A stretch of DNA of 64,000 bases from Octopus sinensis (taxonomy: Eukaryota): NCBI RefSeq assembly GCF_006345805.1, contig NC_043001.1, forward strand, positions 123,752,001-123,816,000, read 5' to 3'. The position numbers and the translations under genes were made by a program. The notes beneath the pieces are model-generated. The model did no database searches. It saw only the letters and a list, made by a program, of their open reading frames with translations, and had not been told where the DNA came from. Each line of letters begins with the position of its first letter. Position 1 is the stretch's first letter. Shown piece by piece: positions 1 through 12,591 of the stretch.

Positions 1-1285
1 AACCGGTAGAGCGGAAATGGCGTGTCTGTGTGTTTGTGCATGTAGGCGTTCCGTCTGTAATGGTCAAGACCATGACTAACATAATACCATCAATTTGGGA
101 AAGGGTTTTAAATCATATGATATTTAGAAAATCAGTATGCCAGTGGAATAGGAAGTTGTTCTTGCCGAAACTTATAAAGGTGCTGATGGTTTATGTAGTA
201 GCTCTTGGAGGATTCCGCCTCGGGGCAGTTTGAAAATTAAAGAACATTTTCCTTTCCTTATAACCTTTAAATTTAAATGTACAAAGCCAGTTGAGGCTAA
301 AACATGATTTTTGTAAGTCGTACATGATAAGGGGTCCTGCCCTTGTATAACATTTCAAACGGATCCTACCATAATTTTGAAAACATTGTTAGGTTGTTTT
401 CTATATTGTACAAATGATTTAGAATCCATTGTACTGTTGGGGAGAAAGACTGGTCGGTTTGAAACCATCTCAATTACAAAGGCTCTGAAATGCATTGTGA
501 AGTACCGAATCCGAAACATGCTATTACAAAGTGGCCGAAGAAAAGTTATCTATAAGAAGTACTGCATTACTATACACATTAAAGATGGAACAGAATTATT
601 TAGCTCAGAAGAATCCTGGCAAACAAGTATTGTGATACATAATGCTTGTACACGTCAACTTCTTGCAAACTAGACTCGCGAAATTGCTTCGTCAGCAATC
701 TTATGTTCATAAAGAATGACGTTCACTGTGAATATTATAATATAGGGGATATATGCAGGGGAGAAATATGTATTCTAAATTTACATATTTGAGATCTCAT
801 ATACACAATATGTAATATAATGATTTAAAACCTTTTAAATTAACTTAGGCTTGCATTTAATGCAAAATACAAACACATCAAGTTCTGTTTAAAACATAGA
901 CATCAAGTAAAGTGTAGGCCTAAGGATGTGAAGTGAGATAACCGGAACCAAGCCTTTTATATAACAATGCCAACGATGGAGGTAGGATTAAATCTGTCTT
1001 TAGAACCAGCTGCTGAAAGCAGCTGCCAGTTTTCATTTTCCCTAGAAATTTTATGCGAAGAGTATTCAAGTTAGTTGTGAAGATAAAATGCAAATAATGT
1101 GCATATGTCTGTGTATGTGTACACGCGTGCACACAAACATGCACGCACACACACACGCGCTCACACACACACGCAGTGGAAAGGTAGGTGGTAATTATAT
1201 ATATATGTATCTACAATATCTCTTGAAAGTATCCCCGAAGAGCAATGCACACGCTAAATACAAATACAGTCATGGTTCATGTATC

Positions 1286-1508
1286 TACTTCTTTACTACC
1301 CACAAGGGGCTAAACACAGAGGGGACAAACAAGGACAGACAAACGGATTAAGTCAATTATATCGACCCCAGTGCGTAACTGGTACTTATTTAATCGACTC
1401 CGAAAGGATGAAAGGCAAAGTCGACCTCGGCGGAATTTGAACTCAGAATGTAACGGCAGACGAAATACGGTTACGCATTTCGCCCGGCGTGCTAACGTTT
1501 CTGCCAGC
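1286..1508 (-). mobile_element. tRNA-derived SINE family A copy
   Basis: Minus strand reads ggcagaaacgttagcacgccgggcgaaatg, then a B-box gagttcaaattcc, a central gcctttcatcctttcggagtcgattaaataagtaccag, and a tail tgtttagccccttgtgggtagtaaagaa. About 12 related copies occur in the window. From memory the central domain resembles the Meta/MESC SINE domain (not verified). Confidence 0.85.
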
Positions 1509-3694
1509 ATAAAGAGGTAGAAACTTTGATTAAGCAGATATCATTCAGGGAACAATTATAAAATGATGAATTTAAAAGGTAAAACAATCAGACAAGGGAG
1601 ATAACTCTAATAGCGACAGCTCAACGACATTTTTGGTGAAATTTAAACAGTGGGGGGGGGGGGAGATCTAGTTTCCGTACATAACTACCTTCTATTATTT
1701 TTCAAAACTTTCGACGAGTTTCTCTCGTTGCAGCTATCCGTTTTTCTTATTAGCTTTTAGATTTTACATACGCCGAGAGGGAAAGTTTGCTTATAAATTG
1801 CATGAAGAATCCCTCTTAGTCGAAGTTTTCAAAATCACTATGTTACATATGTATGACTACTTTGTATATGTGTGTTTGTCTGTATGTGTGTGTTTGCTTG
1901 TGTGTGTATGCCTGAGTGTACTTGGAGTGCGTGTTTTTGTGTGTGTATTTTTTTAGTTATGTACCTGTGTGTGCGTCTATGTATAATTTTACGTACTCAT
2001 ATATTATTGATCCAGGAAAGACAGACTATATCGGTTGACCCCCAAAGTTATTTGTGCTAAATTTATAATTGAAAAATATTATTGATGTTGCTGATCTGCA
2101 TTATTGATCCGAATATACATCTTGCTAATCTTAGATGATAGAAAGCTGAAGGTTACATCTGATAAATGTAATGTTAATACCAGCCGTGTCAAAGGTGACC
2201 GACCAAATATGTGGAGTTCATGTTGGCAATGACTTATTGACGAATACCATACACAATCGTTGCTAACAATAACTACTCTAATAGTATTTGTAAATTTTTC
2301 TTCTGTTTTCATACGCTTGAGGTTTGAGATTAATTGCGTGGAGTTGGCAGGAAGATATACTCATTTTTTTTCTCTCTCTGCTTCTCTCAAGGGTATTAAT
2401 CTTGAGAATGATGTGAGGCCTTTGAAAGTGAGAATCGATAGCTGACATTACATACCTCTTGTCTACAACTCTCACTGCTATGGTTATATAAAGCTTACCA
2501 ATGGTTCTTGAACGGAATACTGAGTAATCAGCTACTGTACTGTTGTACGACTGTTGTTGGAGAAAATTTATGGTAAAAATCAACAGACATTCACCTAGCA
2601 TCCTATGTGATTGTTCACTAAAATTAAGTTTTGAAAATATAAATCGATTCAAAGGATTTATTTACACAGCATTTCCATGGGCTACTTCAATCAAATGAAT
2701 ATTATCAAAGGCATCGGATGTGACAGTTCAGCCAGGTAAATCTGGTGTACCCAGTATTAACATTTTTTGGGGATTAAATGGGCGAGAATCATTCAGTAGT
2801 TATGAAATTTCCATTCGTGAAGAACATATCAACGTCTATGATTGTCTCTAATTGCTTCACCATTTTGATTGCAGATACGAAGGAGTATGGCAGAGATACA
2901 ATTGGAGATTTATATACAATCTTATTAATCCAAAGCCTACGCCTCAGACCCAACTAAGAGTATAATTTACAAAGGCCTATGAATACTTCAAAAGGACATA
3001 GGGGAATAACCCCTACTTATTTAGATATTCTTCCCGCAAACGCAGCTGTGGTCAGTCACAATTAGCAACTGAAAAGTATGCTTACAGCTAACAATTTAAA
3101 ATGGAAAAATCTTACCCCAACAATAAGAAACCTTATGAACTGTCTATTACATAGAATTTGGTTATGTGATGTAACAAACACCCAATCCTTAATTAAAAAA
3201 ATATATAACATTCTGTAAAGACTCCTTCCTTCTTGCACACAAACCACCACGTTTAGGAATACATTCAACCAAAATTTAGTTTCCATCAGTGACATCATTC
3301 TCTATGAAATTTTACTCCCACACATTATTTCTATCATTGCATTTATCCACTGACTTAATATGATTGACTTTCTTAATTATTATCACATCCTTAACACATA
3401 ATTTAAATAATTAGTTTTGAATTTACTGTCGAAATGTCGTCTTAATAACTTTTAACTTTTCTTTAATTCCCATTTAATTAAATACAAAGTTTATTATGCG
3501 TGTATTGGTCTTATATCACAGGTCAGTTTTAATTTCGATATTGAGTTGCTTGTGGTGAGTGGTGAACCCACCGTTTTGTTTTAACTTGATTCAGGAGCAC
3601 ATTCTTTAACCACTTCTTACAATAATTCAGTTCACGTTAACGTTTTAACATAAATTACGCACACATACGCATGCACAAACACACACACACATAA

Positions 3695-3732
<38 letters not shown>

Positions 3733-5348
3733 CACACACACTCACACACACACACACACTGAAGTATTTACACGTGTGATCTGCACGAGAAAGCCTCATT
3801 GTGTTCATTCGACAGGCTAGAAATAATGACCAAATCTGTCTTCATACACCTAATGCTTCCTTTAAAAAGAACAAACAGGATCATTTAATACAGAATGAAC
3901 TATGTCTGAACGCAAGATTGGATCGTCACGGATGGAATATTCTTGGTCATAACACTGATTGATCAGCAGTCCATCAAAGTAAATAACAATAAAAATATGA
4001 GTGCTTGCGAGTGTGTGTGTGTATGTGTGTGCAAGTGAGCTACTGTGTATTGTGTGTGCGTGTGTGCGTTTAGTGTGCGTGTGTATATGGTATGTGAGTA
4101 TGTCTATATATGTATATTCTTAGATATATATGTATAAACATAGTATTACCTTTTGATGTCTTTGGTCGGTAGCTATGGCAATTATGTAGCCTATCCAAAC
4201 CATTACGTATGTACACTAACGATTTCTTTTTAAAGACTGAAATCGCAACCACAATTCGCCGATCCAAATCGTCTTATATTGTAAGTATTTTAGTTTCGAT
4301 TTATAGCTGATCGATGTTTGCTATTCAGTGTAACTTGTAATTATGTGAAATGCATTATTGCTTTTTCTCTAGAAGTTGCTGTAATTCGTTTTGGAGAGTC
4401 TGGTGCGCAAGAAGAATGACATTATTCAGTACCGTATGTTCCATCTTACGGGGAGTAGTGTGTTAATCTGGGGATTTTCTGTTTTCCAGTCTCTTCCTAT
4501 GTATCCGCAGCGAATTCTTCCCAGGATAACATTGCAATAACCAAACGAAATTATTTAAGCCGCTCTGTGGTTCGTTCTGCAAGAAGAGCCACGTGTTTCA
4601 TTCCTGGGATTTAGTTACTCAGCGGTCCTGAAAGTATAACCACCAACCATATAACAGGATTTTTTTTCCCATTTTCCCAACGCATACGCTGTTTCAGAAC
4701 TTTAATTATTTAATCATCACCACCATCGAATATAGAATACAAATGAATAAAATTGATGCCTGTAATTCACTGTATTTTACGCAGTAATGCTTCTTACTCG
4801 CATGTCAAACTTGAGCAGATAGTTTTGATACGACATTAATAGCCAGTCTAAACTACTAGAGCTCTTACGGAGTGCTACCTATACTGTACACAGCGGATCT
4901 GAAAGTTTGTTTATTAAACGTACTCATGCAAAACCTTTCATAAAATTCACATAATAAGTATGTTCATATAGCTACTTACTGCATATATACGTATATACAT
5001 AATACACACATACATATTTATCTGTATGAATTATCGGTTTAAGAACTACCATTCGCCCACTTTATAAGTAATCTCCAAGCAATGATGGAAAACTACGACG
5101 CCATACTGTAGGATCGGGCTGCAAATCTCACATGATTGCGAAGCAAACATTTTAACCATTACAGCCATAGTTGCACGTATCAATGTTTCAATGATACATG
5201 TTTAAAAGAAACATAATCAGGTAGCGATAATGAAATTAATCATTCAAATGGTTTTAAGTGAATTTTTACAGACTTACAGACAGTTACAGTACCCTCTAAG
5301 TTACAGGAAGGTAAGCAAAGTAACTCTAGTTTTCAAGGGTGATAAACA

Positions 5349-5549
5349 AAAATACATACATACATATATACATACATACATGCAAGCATACATACATAAA
5401 AACATACATACGTGCATACATACATGCATACATACAAACATACATATATACATACATACATGCAAGCATACATACATAAAAACATACATACGTGCATACA
5501 TACATGCATACATACAAGCATACATATATACATACATACAAACATACAT
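5349..5549. repeat. (TACA)n-derived microsatellite with an 80-bp higher-order period
   Basis: tgcaagc recurs at 5381 and 5461; aacatacatacgtgc recurs at 5401 and 5481. Confidence 0.85.
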
Positions 5550-5550
5550 A

Positions 5551-6688
5551 CTGTTGTGGTGAAAATTATTGACACCTCTGGCAGATTGGAGAATTGTCTA
5601 GCCAAACTCTAATAAAGAGTTGAGGTCGGTTGTAGAAAGAGAGACCGTTTTGGCAGTCCAGTGTGGTTAGTTCGCTTCCGTGTTACGGTCCGCTATTATC
5701 TGAAGTTTATTGTTGAATTGTCGTTGATTTTGTTACAGGTTTTCCCTTTTGGGATTACCTTTGTTTCAAAAAATTTTTAAATAATGATAAACGGCTTCGA
5801 CTCGAAATCAAATCACTGTGGCTCCTAGTGGCGGCCTTCGTCAACATAAAAGTAGAGGTGACATTATTGAAGTTGGAAGTAAAAAGTACCCAGAACCGGT
5901 GTGGTAGAGGCGCAAGAGCAACGATCCAGGTCACGACAGAAGATATTGATAGCAACCCGGAGCTCGTCATCCTTCCGGATGATACAAGAGCAAAGGTCGC
6001 TGTTCAGGGCAGAGTACCAAAGTGCTTCGGGTGTGGGCAAAAGGGGCACGTAAGAAAAACGTGTCCCCAGGGCCTACAAACAGAAACGGAGGGAAAAAGC
6101 TAGACGGAGGCCAGGATGCAGCAGTAGAGAATAGAAGGGGAGGTGAAGCAGGAGGAGGTGATGGTGGAGACAGAGAAAGACACAGAGTCTACTTCATCGA
6201 CTAGGGACCGGAAGGAGAAGCAGCAGGAGTAGACGGTGGATGGAGAGACACTCACGACAGAAGAAGTAGCACTGTTGACAACTTCTACAAAGGTAAGTGA
6301 CGGTGAGTGGCAGGTGGCTGGGAGAAAGAGAAAAATAAAATTATTCGCCAAAAAGAAAAAAAAAAATTAAAGGACTTTTCAAACAAGAAGACACATGAAC
6401 ATTTAACAGAAACAAACGAAAAAAATAAAAAAATAAAAATAAAAACAAAAAACTAAGGTGACTCCACTAAGTAAAGTGAAAAAGAGAAACTCTGATAATT
6501 CATGTTAGTTTTCAAAAAATGCTCACTCATGTTGCCAGATTCTTGGGGCACGGGTGACCACCATTTCATCTTTTCGTTTATTAATCATACATTTACTCAT
6601 TCGATTTTTTCTTTTTTTCGGCCCCACAGAAAGTTCTGTATCGTCCCCTCTTCGTTGGTTCTTTTGAAAAAAAAAAAAAAAAAAAAAA
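5551..6688 (+). mobile_element. ORF1-only L1/Tx1-like non-autonomous retroelement with poly(A) tail; N-terminal half of ORF1 missing
   Basis: ORF 5828-6103 ends in VQGRVPKCFGCGQKGHVRKTCP (CX2CX4HX4C zinc knuckle) and is homologous to the ORF1s at 40.5-47.9 kb. A Glu-rich tail follows, then a 3' UTR at 6545-6666 resembling 42548-42681 and 44299-44436, then A22 at 6667-6688. No RT sequence. Confidence 0.7.
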
Positions 6689-6892
6689 CATGAGATCTCT
6701 TTGGTAGTCTCGCGAAGTACGTCGTGTGAACACATCGATTAAAACTCTGCTACATAATTTATATATACCAAACTGTGACAGGATATGAAACATACATATA
6801 AACATACATGCATACATACATACATAAAAACATGCATAAGTACATAAATACATATATATATACATGTATGCATAAAAACATACGTATATACA

Positions 6893-6985
6893 ACCGGCTT
6901 TCGCACAGTTTCCTTCTGCCAAATCCACTCACAAAGCAACAGTCGACCGGGTCCTATAGTAGAAGACACCTACCCAAGTGGGATT
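6893..6985 (-). mobile_element. SINE family B fragment
   Basis: ccaaatccactcacaaagc...ctatagtagaagacacctacccaag matches the copy at 7733-8134. It is followed by a 21-bp tandem duplication, gtgggattaaagtcgacacca x2. Confidence 0.65.
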
Positions 6986-7402
6986 AAAGTCGACACCAGT
7001 GGGATTAAAGTCGACACCACGAAATTACAAAAGCGAACTTCTTAGCTCTGCAATCATGTGTTCCCGACTTCACAACTGATTTAGCTTTTCTTAAGTCCAC
7101 GTAAGATAATTCAGGAAAATATTTTGAGAAATACACATACACACACATTTTTTTCTGTTACGCTAAGAAGCGGCGAACTGTGCAAGTCATTTTCGACTCG
7201 AGTCAAATATGACAAATTATTCCACATCGTTGTCAGAGTATCTACATAAGTGGAGACAAAAACCGAATTGTTTGTACTGGTATCGAGTGCTATTAGTTTG
7301 TAATAGTGATGTCAAAGCAAAAAGCGATGTTTTGATCACTGTTTGATTTGACTTCATTATTACAGCTACATATATGTATGTATATGTATGCATATATATA
7401 TG

Positions 7403-7469
<67 letters not shown>

Positions 7470-7732
7470 ATACATATACCAGAGTGGTGTAAATATATAC
7501 ACATATATATATATATATGTGTGCGTGTGTGTTTATAGATATCGACATGTATATTTATGCATAGATATACGTACATACACGCACACACATGCATACATAC
7601 ACACACACACATATATATATATATGTATATATATATGGTGCAAGTCAACTCGTGACCGAGTAAAACCATTTCCTAGACTCAGTTACTAATATATATATAT
7701 ATATATATACGTCTGTGTGTGTGTGTATGTAT

Positions 7733-8134
7733 ACTCTTTACTCTTTTTTTACTCTTTTACTTGTTTCAGTCATTTGACTGCGGCCATGCTGGGGCGCCGC
7801 CTTTAATCGAGCAACTCGACCACGGGACTTATTCTTTTTGTAAGCCCAGTACTTATTCTATCGGTCTCTTTTGCCGAACCGCTAAGTGACGGGGACATAA
7901 ACACACCAGCATCGGTTGTCAAGCAATGCTAGGGGGACAAACACACACGCGCATATATATACATATATACGATGGGCTTCTTTTCAGTTTCCGTCTACCA
8001 AATCCACTCACAAGGCTTTGGTCGGCCCGAGGCTATAGTAGAAGACACTTGCCCAAGGTGCCACGCAGTGGGACTGAACCCGGAACCATGCGGTTGGTAA
8101 ACAAGCTACTTACCACACAGCCACTCCTGCGCCT
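7733..8134 (-). mobile_element. tRNA-derived SINE family B (CORE-like block, internal microsatellite), near full length
   Basis: Minus strand reads ggcgcaggagtggctgtgtggtaagtagc, a B-box gggttcagtccc, caccttgggcaagtgtctt (similar to the CORE-SINE gtgaccttgggcaagtcactt), an internal (TA/TG) tract, and a tail gactgaaacaagtaaaagagtaaa. It matches 41738-42130. Confidence 0.85.
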
Positions 8135-9449
8135 ATGTGTATAATGTATGTGCATGTGTTCTACATATATGCGCGTGTGTGTTTCCCGTATTGATTTTCG
8201 ATAACAAATATAATTCATCTTTGCTATAGCCAACCAATATTTACTTCTTATCATACTTTATGTGTTTTATATTTGAATTTCCGGCGTAATTTCCCTGACG
8301 ATTATTTACTGCCTGCTGTACTTTATATTAAATATATGTCGGGATTTCTTATATAATATATGCTAATTCATCGGAACATCTGCTTTTCCCCGTGATGTGT
8401 TCTATTACGTTACACTGGATGTTTGTAATATTGATGATGCCTGAGTCATTCTAAAGTCATTTTTCGCACTATACTCATATAAAACCAAAATTTATCTATA
8501 TATATATGATTACTATCTGAATCGTTCGATAACTTATTATGAATAAATATATGGACATCAATATTCACAAAGATGATAAATATTCACTCATACACACGCA
8601 CTCAGACACGGATACACATTCGTGCAATCCCTGTATACTTACTTATTTTTCTATAACTTTGCAGTCTGTCTGGTAAAGTACTCAAATTTTATGATTACAC
8701 TTGAGAATCAGAGAAGTGAATTTAAGAAAAAGATGAGCGAAAAAGAAAATAACCAAGATGAACTATTGAGGAATCTATATATACTCTATTGAGATTACAA
8801 TTTGTAGTTTATATCTGTAATTATTGGGGCAGTGTTATACGCAACACACTGCCTAAATACTAATCTTGAGAAATTAGACTTCTCGAAACCAAAAAGAAGA
8901 AAGCTGATTTGAAGATTACAGATACAATCCATCCCTGGAACTGTAAAAATCAATAAAATTTCCCAGACGTCTATCATTTAAGTGTATATGAGAATGTCTA
9001 GACATGCAACTATATGCAGGAGAATACATACATAAAGCAAACTATACAAATCTGCATATATACATACATACATACAAAAAAATACTGTTGCTGTTGTTGA
9101 AATACCAAGCCTTGAATCTAGGTTAGAAACCGGCTCTTTTTCTATTGGTAAGAAAACTTGAAAAAAAGCTGAATAACGACATACATACACACACACACAC
9201 ATACGCGCGCACACACATACAAGCATGCATACATACATGCATACATACATACATTCGTACATACATACATACATGTATACATACATACATACAAAGCGGA
9301 TGTCACAGCTCTTGTACTCTGACTATGAATTCTAATTTGTACTTATTATCATAGGTGCATTAGGTTATGTACCAACAAAAACCTAGAAATACACGGTTTC
9401 ACGGCGAAAGAGCAGAAGAAACTGACGCAGATTCTCCAAATCCAATCTA

Positions 9450-10724
9450 CTGGGTTAGCAACTAAGTTCTCGCCATTTAAAAATAAATTTGGAATTTATT
9501 ACGTTTTTATATTTTGGAATCAATTTTTTTCGAGAATTCTATTTTTGAATCATTTTGGAATCTATTTTGTTTATTTTTCTAGTTAAGTTTTGTTTATTTT
9601 CAGATCATTAAAGTGGAATGTCAAGTTAAGAAAAACGAGCATTTTCGACACCTTCTTTTTGCTTTTAATCAAGGTTCTAACTCAGCAAAAGCTGCTCACG
9701 ACATTTGTGCTGTGTATCAAGAGAATGCCATAGCTGAAAGAGCCTCTCGTGATTGGTATGTCACGTTCAAAAATTGAAATTTTGACCTCAAAGATGCACC
9801 GCGTCCTGGCCGTCCAGTTGAGTTCAATGAAGAGCGATTAAACCACCTTTTGTACGAAAATTCTCGTCAAACGACAAGGGAACTGGCAGAGAAAATGGAA
9901 TGATCTCACACTGCTATAGAGAAGCATCTTCACTCGATGGGTAAGGTTCAGAGGTATGAGGCATGGGTTCCGCATGCTTGAAGTGACAAAAATCAACGAA
10001 CCATAATCTCCGCTGGTTTGCTTGCTTGTCGCCGCTCAACTCGTGGACACAAGTAACGATTTCTTTACCGAATTGTTACTGGTGACGAAAAGTGGTGCCT
10101 GTACATCAATATCAAGCAGCGTAAGGAATGGCTTAGCTCGGTAAACAAGCGATACCGCGCGTGAAACAAAATCTTCATTCGAGTAAAACGATGTTGTGCG
10201 TATGGTGGGAGTGGGAAGGGATTATTGATTACGAATTGCTTGAACGGAACGAAATGGTCAACGCGGAACTCTATGTTCTACAGATGGAACGACATAACAC
10301 GGCTAGTCAAGAGAAAAGACCTAATCGGTAGCATGGAGTTCTTCTGGTGCACGACAACGCCCGCCCTTATATCGCCAATGTGACAAAGGAAGCAATTCAA
10401 ATCATGGCTGGAAAGTGCTGCCACAGCCACCGTACTCTCCTGATTTGGCACCAAAGGATTTCCACCTCTTTCGATCTCTTTCAAATGCTATGCGCGGAGT
10501 TTCGTTCATTACTGATGCAGAATTGAGAGCTTGATTGGATCGATTTTTCGAGTCGAAATCGGGTGATTTCTACCAAGAAGGTGTTGAAAATCTATTTGAA
10601 CGAGGGGAAGAAGTTGTAAACAACAAGTGTGAATACATTATTGATTACTTAATTGTTTTTTTTTATTAAACCTTTTAAAAAGTTTAACTTAAAAAAACAC
10701 GTGGGAACCTAGTTGCCAACCCAA
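9450..10724 (+). mobile_element. Full-length defective mariner (DD34D) DNA transposon, mellifera-subfamily-like
   Basis: TIRs ctgggttagcaactaagttc (9450) and gaacctagttgccaacccaa (to 10724), with TA on both sides; 1275 bp. The disrupted transposase at ~9613-10650 contains KNEHFRHLLF, DAPRPGRP, WVPHA, IVTGDEKW, HDNARP and PPYSPDLAPKDFHLFRSL, with several stops and frameshifts. Confidence 0.93.
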
Positions 10725-11312
10725 TATTAGTGGCACAGTGATGATTTGTAAGACATTTTAATAAATCCCCATTTGTAATACCTATGTGATTAGTTGCACA
10801 CATTTGCGTATATGCGTCGACGGTTCACCAAACACATCAACTCAACCATACATTTACAAACACCAGGAAATCTCGTAATAAAATAAAAAGATAAACACAA
10901 ATACATACCTAAATCCATACATAGATGGTACCTGTCATCTTAAAGATGTGTATAAACACCACTGACAATTAAGGCTTTCCTATATTTTTATTTAAAATCA
11001 ATAACAGCTTGCACAAAACTGCTTAAATACTCTCACCTATAAATCCAAATATTCCAAACAAGAGCAAGATCCCTAGCTTCACAATGTGGGTATTATTTCG
11101 GAATCCCCCTCTTCTAGCGAGGTATCTAAACAAAGACTACGGGTCTCTCACTCCCAGCTATTGGGTGGGCATCGACACTACTGATTTCATACGTTCTTCG
11201 GCAGATTTAGATTCTCATCTTGCCTGCAGAGTTTCGGACCCAAATTACACTCCTTAACATTCAGACATGGTAGAGTTTCCAGTTAAGTCGGCGGCGACTC
11301 AACCATGTGATA

Positions 11313-11710
11313 TCTTTATATATAAAAGAGAGGTTGTGTGCTGTCTGTCTCTTACGATTTAGATTCCTAACTACTCCCACATTTTGCGGTGCAGTGTAAC
11401 CAAAACCGGGTATCTTATAGTCGTGATTCATATCGAGCCCCTCTGGGTATTAGCGCGCGTCTACGATGAGTCTACGATTAAAAACAAATTTACTATCAAT
11501 TTTTCTCATTTTTAATGCATTTTTGGCATATATAAGGGAAGTAACTCTCTAAAAATTTATTATTAAATCTCAGAACGTAAAAAGTTACAGTAACCCCCCC
11601 CCCCCTTTGTGGTTAGCCATATTGAGATGGCTATTATACTTTACATCTCTAAAACTGCTTATATAATTATTTCCCTTACAAACCCGAGCAACGCCGGGCG
11701 ATACTGCTAG
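11313..11710 (+). mobile_element. Non-autonomous Helitron
   Basis: Starts A|TCtttatatataaaag, has a subterminal hairpin cccgagcaacgccggg (11683-11698), and ends CTAG|T (11707-11710). No TSD. Confidence 0.8.
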
Positions 11711-11780
11711 TGTTGTACTATAGCACTTAAAGTAATCTTATATACATAAATGCATATATACATGCATATATTCTTACATT

Positions 11781-11915
11781 CGAAGTCTGATCAATAAGTA
11801 TCCGGACTGTTGTCATAGTAACGAAGCTAAATCACGCTGAGTAAAGTCGCTTGGCACAGATTAGCCTTAAACTGTCGTCCATGCACACCAAGTTTTAACC
11901 TTCTAGCTCACTTCC
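11781..11915 (+). mobile_element. Probable terminal fragment of a mariner-like element or MITE
   Basis: Begins cgaagtctgatcaataagtatccggactg, which resembles mariner-type TIRs. No partner TIR found; truncated at a (TA)n tract. Confidence 0.4.
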
Positions 11916-11921
11916 ATAGAT

Positions 11922-11966
<45 letters not shown>

Positions 11967-12186
11967 GTGAAATAGAAAGATGAATAATCTTGTAGTAGAT
12001 TAATCAAAAGTTTAACCGATACCTTAGTAGCAAAAATCACAGCAGTAAACAGCACGGTTGGAGGTACAACCATCTGGCGTTGCAACCGTGCGTTGGTGCG
12101 GATAATTGAAATTAAAACATTATTGGTGAATTGAAGAAATGGAGCTGAACGCAGATTGAACAGAATCGTTTTATTCACACATACAA

Positions 12187-12228
<42 letters not shown>

Positions 12229-12231
12229 GTT

Positions 12232-12591
<360 letters not shown>

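Noticed and set aside
377-720. 98-aa ORF with non-repetitive composition
   Set aside because: No recognisable motif and a non-ATG start; possibly an old transposase remnant, but unsupported.
2668-2965. Possible two small exons (acceptor tttacacag, donor cag|gtaaat at ~2733, acceptor ttttgattgcag at ~2874)
   Set aside because: The joined peptide resembles nothing I recognise, and such splice-like motifs are common in AT-rich DNA; it may be a decayed transposase.
5597-5607. TAGCCAAA match to antisense U2 snRNA (target of Keno-type Tx1 elements)
   Set aside because: Only 8 nt match, with no other U2 sequence nearby.
7217-7689. Long ORFs rich in YI/HT/CV/MY (also ~5.3, 12.2-12.7, 15.1, 22.3, 33, 38.4, 49 and 60 kb)
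   Set aside because: They are translations of (TA)n, (CA)n and (TACA)n microsatellites that lack stops by composition.
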